Assembly: GCA_951406725.2 (NCBI GenBank)
Contig: OX597820.1
Coordinates: 16,182,001 to 16,246,000 of the forward strand
Length of the DNA stretch: 64,000 nucleotides
Reading direction: 5' to 3'
Source: Octopus vulgaris
Lineage: Eukaryota
Positions 56,767 through 64,000 of the stretch are shown piece after piece. Made by a program: the position numbers and the translations under genes. Within the stretch, counting starts at the first letter, position 1. Each line of letters begins with the position of its first letter. Under the pieces are notes generated by a model. That model had not been told where the DNA came from and ran no database searches. It was given only the letters and a program-made list of their open reading frames with translations.

Positions 56767-56802
56767 GTGCGACGTTTCGGCTAACTCGCCTTCGTCAGTA
56801 CA
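56767..56802 (-). ncRNA. Minimal hammerhead motif with an inverted diverged partner (56820-56875)
   Basis: CTGACGA-a ggc gagtta gcc-GAAA-cg-TC; helix I degenerate. Confidence 0.55.
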
Positions 56803-57050
56803 GTCTGGCAAAAGTGGACAAGCCGAAACTTCGAGGTCACTGTCAACTATTTCTTTGTAAGTATTATAAAGTATGTGTGTATAGATGGGAATAAGAGAAA
56901 TGGATTGAAAGATATCCTTTATTTCAAATCACTACAATTGTTTCTACACATCGGCTTACCCGTAGTAGACTGGTGAGATGGTATAATTAACATTTTGCGT
57001 AATCATTATCGTCCTTCAAATGTGGAATAGATATGTGTGTGTGCTTGTGC

Positions 57051-57097
<47 letters not shown>

Positions 57098-57494
57098 TGT
57101 GTTTGTGTGTCATGTGTGTGCGTGTATGTACATGTGTGCATGTGTGTGTGCGTATTTGTGTTAATAAACAGTGCTACCTATGGTTTTATGCTGTTAGTTA
57201 CGTAGTTTTTCAAGCGTTTCATTTAAGAATGTTGATAATCCGTCTCCATGTTCACAAAGGATTGCCGTCACCTTGTGCTTCCTCGTAGTCAATGGTATTT
57301 CTAACTTTCTGTCCTTGACCTCTCAGCTGACCAGTTCAGTCCCGCTGCAGATCTGCATGGCTTGAAGCATAAGTGACGGACGAAAGTTGTGCCTTACTGT
57401 TCGATCGCAACTGGTTACGTCTGCACATGTCACTTTTCCATTACCATAGGACTTTCAGTAGATGGAATGACAAATGAGGTCACCATAGAGAGAC

Positions 57495-57987
57495 ATACAT
57501 ACATACATGCATACATACATACATACATACATACATACATGCATACATACATACATACATACATACATGTCTAGATATGTAACTATATGCATGAGAAAAC
57601 ATACATAAAACATACAAAACTGCACATACATACATATATACATACATACATGCATGCATACATACATACATACATACATACATACATACATACATACATG
57701 CAATCATACATACATACATACATACATACATACATACATACATGCATATATACATACATGCATGCATACATACATACATAGACGCACATACATACATACA
57801 TACATACATACATACATACATACATACATACATACATACATACATACATGTCTAGATATGTAACTATATGTATGAGAAAACATACATAAAACATACAAAA
57901 CTGCACATACATACATATATACATACATACATGCATGCATACATACATACATACATACATACATGCAATCATACATACATACATACA

Positions 57988-58021
<34 letters not shown>

Positions 58022-58135
58022 CATACATGCATGCATACATACATACATAGACGCACATACATACATACATACATACATACATACATACATACATACATAC
58101 ATACATACATACATACATACATACATACATGCGTG
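57495..58135. repeat. 281-bp tandem duplication within (CATA)n
   Basis: tgtctagatatgtaactatatg at 57568 and 57849. Confidence 0.9.
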
Positions 58136-58466
58136 CATACAAAAATACCCTGATGTTGATGTTGAAATTCCAATGAAGGAACCTTGGATCTAGGTTAGAA
58201 ACCGGATTCTTCTCTATTGGCAACACACGCATACATACAAGTATACGTACAAATCTGGAATTCGAAGTATTAAGCGTGGGTGATTTATGCTTTATTGTGG
58301 CGGTACAGAGAAGGTATGTTTGTGTGCAGTGTAAAAATGAATAGGTAGAAAGGTAGATAGGTAGATAGGTAGGTAGGTATGTATGTAGGTAGATAAATCG
58401 GTAGACAGATAATTAAATCGATAGACAGATAGGTTGATAACTAGATGGATTGATACATAATTACAT

Positions 58467-58513
<47 letters not shown>

Positions 58514-58583
58514 GGATGGATGGATGGGATGGATGGATAGATAGATAGATAGATAGATAGATGGATGGATGGATGGATGGATG

Positions 58584-58651
<68 letters not shown>

Positions 58652-58654
58652 TAT

Positions 58655-58686
<32 letters not shown>

Positions 58687-58734
58687 TATAGATAGATAGA
58701 TAGATAGATAGATAGATGGATGGATGGATTGATT

Positions 58735-58812
<78 letters not shown>

Positions 58813-59156
58813 GTGCCCTGAATTTGAAAATTAAAATTCATGGTAATGTAAAGGAAATACGCATTTGGGACAAAAAGCCAATGATAACTAAATAAATAAA
58901 TAAATAAGTGTGCGAAGATAATAAAAAGAGGTACTCGGGTGTCACGTTGGCTTTTGTTGTGTGTGAGAGGGAGAGAGAGTGAGAGTGGGAGGGTAAATCT
59001 ACATATGCGCAGGAATGTGTGTGCATATGTGTGTGTGTGTGAGTGTGTGTGGGGGTGTGTAAAACGTTTAAACTTCCTGTTCGACAACCTGAAGTTGTCA
59101 CTCTAGCTGAACAGAGGTACCTTATCATAAATCATCTGATAATGAAACAGACACAT

Positions 59157-59187
<31 letters not shown>

Positions 59188-60380
59188 CACACACACAGAT
59201 GCACACATGCACACGCAGCTAGCCACTCACAAGCCCGCTTTCATACACACCCACACAAGCGCTCGTTATCACATACGGGTATGCTTAGACACACATTGAC
59301 GTACGTACATTCACTGACATGGATATTCATACGCATCTGCATACATACATACATGCATACATAATTTATACATACATACACATATACATACGTACATGCA
59401 TACATACATATATGCATACATACATACATACATACATACATACATACATACATACATACATACATACATACATACATACACTCATACATACATACGTACA
59501 TACGCACATACATACATACATACATACATACGTACATGCATACATACGTACATACATACATACATACATACATACATACGTACATGCATACATACGTACA
59601 TACGTACATACATACATACATACATACATACATACATACATACATACATACATACATACATACGTACATACATACATACATACATACATACATACATACA
59701 TACATACATACATACATACATACATACATACATACATACATACATACGTACATACATACATACATACATACATACATACATACATACATACATACGTACA
59801 TGCATACATACATACATACATGCATACATACATACATACATACATACATACATACATACATACATACATACATACATACATACATACGTACGTACATGTA
59901 TGCATACATACAAGCTTCTCAAAATCAGAATGGAGAAGGCTAATTCGAAGACTACAGATCCAATCCATCACTGGAACTGTAAAATACAAATGCAAATAAC
60001 ACGACATAACAACAGGTGTCTTTCGACTAAGGACGAATTCAATTAAGCTGGCGTGTGTGGATGTAAAGCCTTACGGCAAGGACATAAGATTTGACAGGCA
60101 CATGGAGGAATACAGATGTTGCATGGATGGTAGTTGAACCAAGAAAGAATGGCAGGCATGGCCGAACATCGGTCACGTGGGGAGAAGAGAGAGAGGCAGA
60201 GAGGACGAAACATCAATGTCTGTCGCTTCGAGAAGGGACCTGATGTGAGGTGTCGCGTTTAAATTCAGGTGGTTTAACACCGGGCTCATTGAGAGTATAT
60301 TCTCTTACGCCTAAAAACGAACTAACACACACACACCTTGTGCATATGTGTTCGATTTTATATATATATATATATATATT

Positions 60381-60449
<69 letters not shown>

Positions 60450-60575
60450 TAGGTGAATGAATTATCCTAGTATTGATAATTTGGTTAATCGATACCTGGG
60501 TAGCAAATTCACGTCAGAAAACACGGTTGAAGCTAAATGTCAAGGGCAGATGAGAAGATGGCATAATGTCAAGGG

Positions 60576-60653
60576 CTGATGAGAAGACGGTATAATGCAC
60601 CCTTTATTCCTTCGGAATTAAGAGTATGCAGTCTTCGAAACATGTGTTGAGAG
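60576..60653 (+). ncRNA. Hammerhead, paralogue of 31159-31241 with the 5' arm of helix I lost
   Basis: CTGATGA-gaagac..gtcttc-GAAA-catgtg-TT-gagag. Confidence 0.7.
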
Positions 60654-60697
60654 TAAAGGAATTTTGTTAAAATCTTCGTTCGACTCCATTCTTTCAT

Positions 60698-60780
<83 letters not shown>

Positions 60781-60785
<5 letters not shown>

Positions 60786-60996
60786 TGCGGCTGAAATAAC
60801 GCTCTTTTGTATTTGAGCTTTCTAGTTTCTAATTGTCATTCTTTATTTCCTAAAACCTCTCCGATTTTTCCATTAGTTTATTATTAGTTTACTATCCGAA
60901 GTAATGCAATAAATTTATGATCAATAAAAAATAGCTTAATATGCATTTGTATACTATTATTAGATGCGAAAGGGGTGTTACTTCTGCCGCACCCTG
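60781..60996. mobile_element. Tc1/mariner-type MITE
   Basis: TIRs ggtgcggctgaaataacgctcttt / aaaggggtgttacttctgccgcaccctg next to a TA run. Confidence 0.7.
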
Positions 60997-62477
60997 GATA
61001 TCAACCAAAAACCAAGGATCGGTAGTAAACAACTGCAGATATATTAACTTCCCAATGACGTTGTGTGCGATCCCGGAATTTCTGGATTAGTGTTCCTCAT
61101 AAGCACCTTCTAGCGGAGGTACATATATCTAGTAGTTAGGACTCGCGGTTCGAATCTTAGACCGGGCGGTATGTGTGTTTATGAGTGAAACACCTAAGCT
61201 CCATGTGGTTCCGGTAGAAGGTAATGGCGAACTTCTGCTGACTCTTTCGCCACAACTTTCTCTCACTCTTTCCTCCTGCATCTTGCTGCTCACCTGCGAC
61301 GGACCGGATGTCCCGTCCAGGTGGGGAACCTATACGCCAAGGAAACCGGGAAACCGGGAAACCGGCCCTTATGAGCCAGGTGTGGCTCGAGAAGGAACAA
61401 CACATAAACACCTTCTAAAAATTCGTATATCATACAGAACAAAAAAAAAATAAAGAAAGACAGAAAAAAGTAAACAACAGAAAAGATTTTTTTCCTGGCA
61501 TACTAACGTTTCTGCTAACTCGCTGCCTTCGAGAATGAGATTAATAGTGGTTCTAAATTTTAGCACAAGCCCAACAATTTCGGAGGAGGGTTAAGTTAAT
61601 TACATCGACTTAGTTTATCGATCTCGAAAGGATGAAAAGCAAAGTCGGTACTTAGTTTATCAACCGCGGCGGAATTTGAACTCAGAGCATAGAGATGGAC
61701 GAAATGCAGCTTGCCATCTTAGAATGAGATTCATATTGAAGGAAATGCATCTGCTCTTGGATTCGCGACCGTTTATAAGGTTTTCTTTTGTCAACTTAAT
61801 GAGCAAGAAAGTCAGCGAAGTCTTACACTATCAAGATTCGACCGAAAATGTCGATTTTGTTCCATTTTTGTTGAAGATGACAGCTGCTGAGCGCCTGTGA
61901 TCAATAGCTGTCCAAAATGTCATTATAGTGTTATCTCCCTTTGTAACATGTCGTTGCTACGAAAACATTATCCAATGTTTACCTTGCAAAATATTGCCTT
62001 GAGGTGAACAGAGAAAATATTTTCGTTGCTAAAGTACATTCACACGTTTCAACGCAAAGAATATTATTGAAACACTATCAAGAAACTCCCACCAAGTTCA
62101 AACATGACGGTTGTGTAGCTATGTAGTAAGTAGCTTGCTTCCCAACCGCATGGTTCCAGGTTCAGCCCCACTGCGTGGCACCTTGGACAAGTGTCTTCTA
62201 CTGACCAAATTCTTGTTAGTGGATTTGGTAGACGTAAACTGAAAGAATCCCGTCGTATAAACATATATATATATATAAATTATGTGTGGCTTATTCGCAA
62301 TTTACAGCCAAAAGGCACAATTATAGATGTCGCTAATGTATCAGCACCTTAGTCAGCACCAGCATTGCTAGAAATAAGTCAGAACACTTCTTAGCCACGG
62401 GGAAGCACTTTTCTAATGACTGACAAAAGAGACAGGGTCCCTCTAGAACCCTCAGTTACTTAAGTGTTGTCCATATA

Positions 62478-62509
<32 letters not shown>

Positions 62510-62554
62510 ATCAAAAGATTTTGAGTTTTAGCGTGATGCTAATTTTCAACCATT

Positions 62555-62618
62555 TTCAAATTCAAAATGGCTGAAGATTAGCATCATGCTTGAAACTTGG
62601 AGTACCAACGAATTTGAA
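62555..62618 (+). ncRNA. Type I hammerhead with internal loop in helix I
   Basis: ttcaaattc aaaa tgg-CTGAAGA-tt agca tca tgct t-GAAA-ctt g gag-TA-cca ac gaatttgaa; diverged inverted copy at 62517-62556. Confidence 0.78.
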
Positions 62619-62974
62619 TCAAACAGTTTGGATTCATACATGTAACTCTTAATAAATGTATTGAGTGCCCTTCTTTCGTTTGTCCACTTTGCATGTGTGT
62701 GTCATTGTGTATATGCTTGTCCCCCATCCTTGCTTGACAACCTGTGTTGGTTTGTGTATGTCCCCGTAACATAGCGGTTCGGCAAAAGAAAACTACAGAA
62801 CAAGCACCAGGCTTTTAAAAAAAAGTACTAAGGCCGATTCGTTCGATTAAAAACCCTTGAAGGCGTTTGTCCCAGCAGTGCTGCCGTTCACTGACTGAAA
62901 CTAGAAAAAGACTGGAGACAAAAGATAACTAGCCCGATGCAGTTGTTGGGGGTAGAACAGAAAATTATGTATGA

Positions 62975-63372
62975 CTAGCAGTATCGCCCGGCGTTTCTCG
63001 GGTTTGTAAGGGAAATAACTATATAAGCATTTTTAGTGATGTAAAGTATAATAGCCATCTCAATATGGCTAACCACAAAGGGGTGTGTGTTTTACTGTAG
63101 CTTTTTACGTTCTGAGATTTAATAATAAATTTTTAGAGACTTACTTCCCTTATATATGCCAAAAATGCATTAAAAATAGGAAAAATTGATGGTAACTTTT
63201 TTTTAAATCGTAGACTCATCGTAGACGCGCGCTAATAGCCAGACGGGCTCGATATGAATCACGACTATAAGATACCCGGTTTTGGTTAAACTGCACCGCA
63301 AAATGTGGGAGTAGTTAGGAATCTAAATCGTAGGAGACAGACAGCACACAACCTCTCTTTTATATATAAAGA
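62975..63372 (-). mobile_element. Complete non-autonomous Helitron, 398 bp
   Basis: Minus strand A|TCtttatatataaaa...cccgagaaacgccggg-cgatactg-CTAG|T: 5' TC, 3' hairpin plus CTAG, AT target, no TSD. Confidence 0.85.
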
Positions 63373-64000
63373 TTAGGGAAATCAGTTACCTACTAATAGT
63401 TTTTCAACACCACTGAGAATGAGAACATTTACAGACAGATGTTTCATAACTTACAGCTTTCTCCATTCAGATTACAAATTCACATTTCCACTTTTAATTT
63501 TTAGTTCACTTGGTTAAGTTACTAAATATCTAAATAGTATCCTCGAAAATCTGTTTTCAGTTGATGAAAGTGTCCAGTCAACACACACTTTTAAAAAAAA
63601 TACCTTTTAAAGCTGAACAGTAAAACATTTTAACATTTTCTAAAGGTTAACATGGGAGTTATCTAAATTCCAGCGATTAAGCTTGTTTCCTTGTTCGACT
63701 CCACCTATTTTTGATTGAAAAAAAACTGAAATAATTTTTTTAAAAAAGTAAATAAAACATGCAAATTTATAAATAATTCCAAAGGTTTGCGATAAGAATG
63801 ATCACAGAAACATCCACGTAAAACCACTCGAGAACTGGAAAAAGAACCGCCTACAACCACTTGCATGCGATCAGAAAATCAAAAGAGCTCGACAAATGGG
63901 TGACACACGATTTGAATGAAAATCAGAAAATGCGCAGATATGAAATTTGCTCGTCGCTTCATCTCCGTAACCAGATCGATCCATTTCTCGACCGTATTAT

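Overview
AT-rich, microsatellite-saturated eukaryotic DNA with no intact, recognisable cellular gene. The repeat content resembles an octopus/cephalopod genome (inferred from remembered repeat families, not checked). Nearly all listed ORFs are translations of simple repeats. Supportable features: one full-length but inactivated mariner transposon (120-1399); several LINE fragments (restriction-like-endonuclease clade, RTE, CR1/L2-like); four abundant tRNA-derived SINE families, with tandem arrays; a complete non-autonomous Helitron; MITEs, one with an 8-bp TSD; a 155-bp local satellite; and a few candidate minus-strand exons. The main discovery is a dense set of type I hammerhead-ribozyme motifs (more than a dozen, intact to degenerate, from several sequence families). 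Most sit in short, often inverted, Penelope-like terminal segments next to (TA)n. One belongs to a ~358-nt circularly permuted, highly structured retrozyme-like unit (50085-50578) with structure-conserving diverged relatives at 4401-4650, 3386-3531 and inside the Helitron. All structures were folded by eye; none has been tested.
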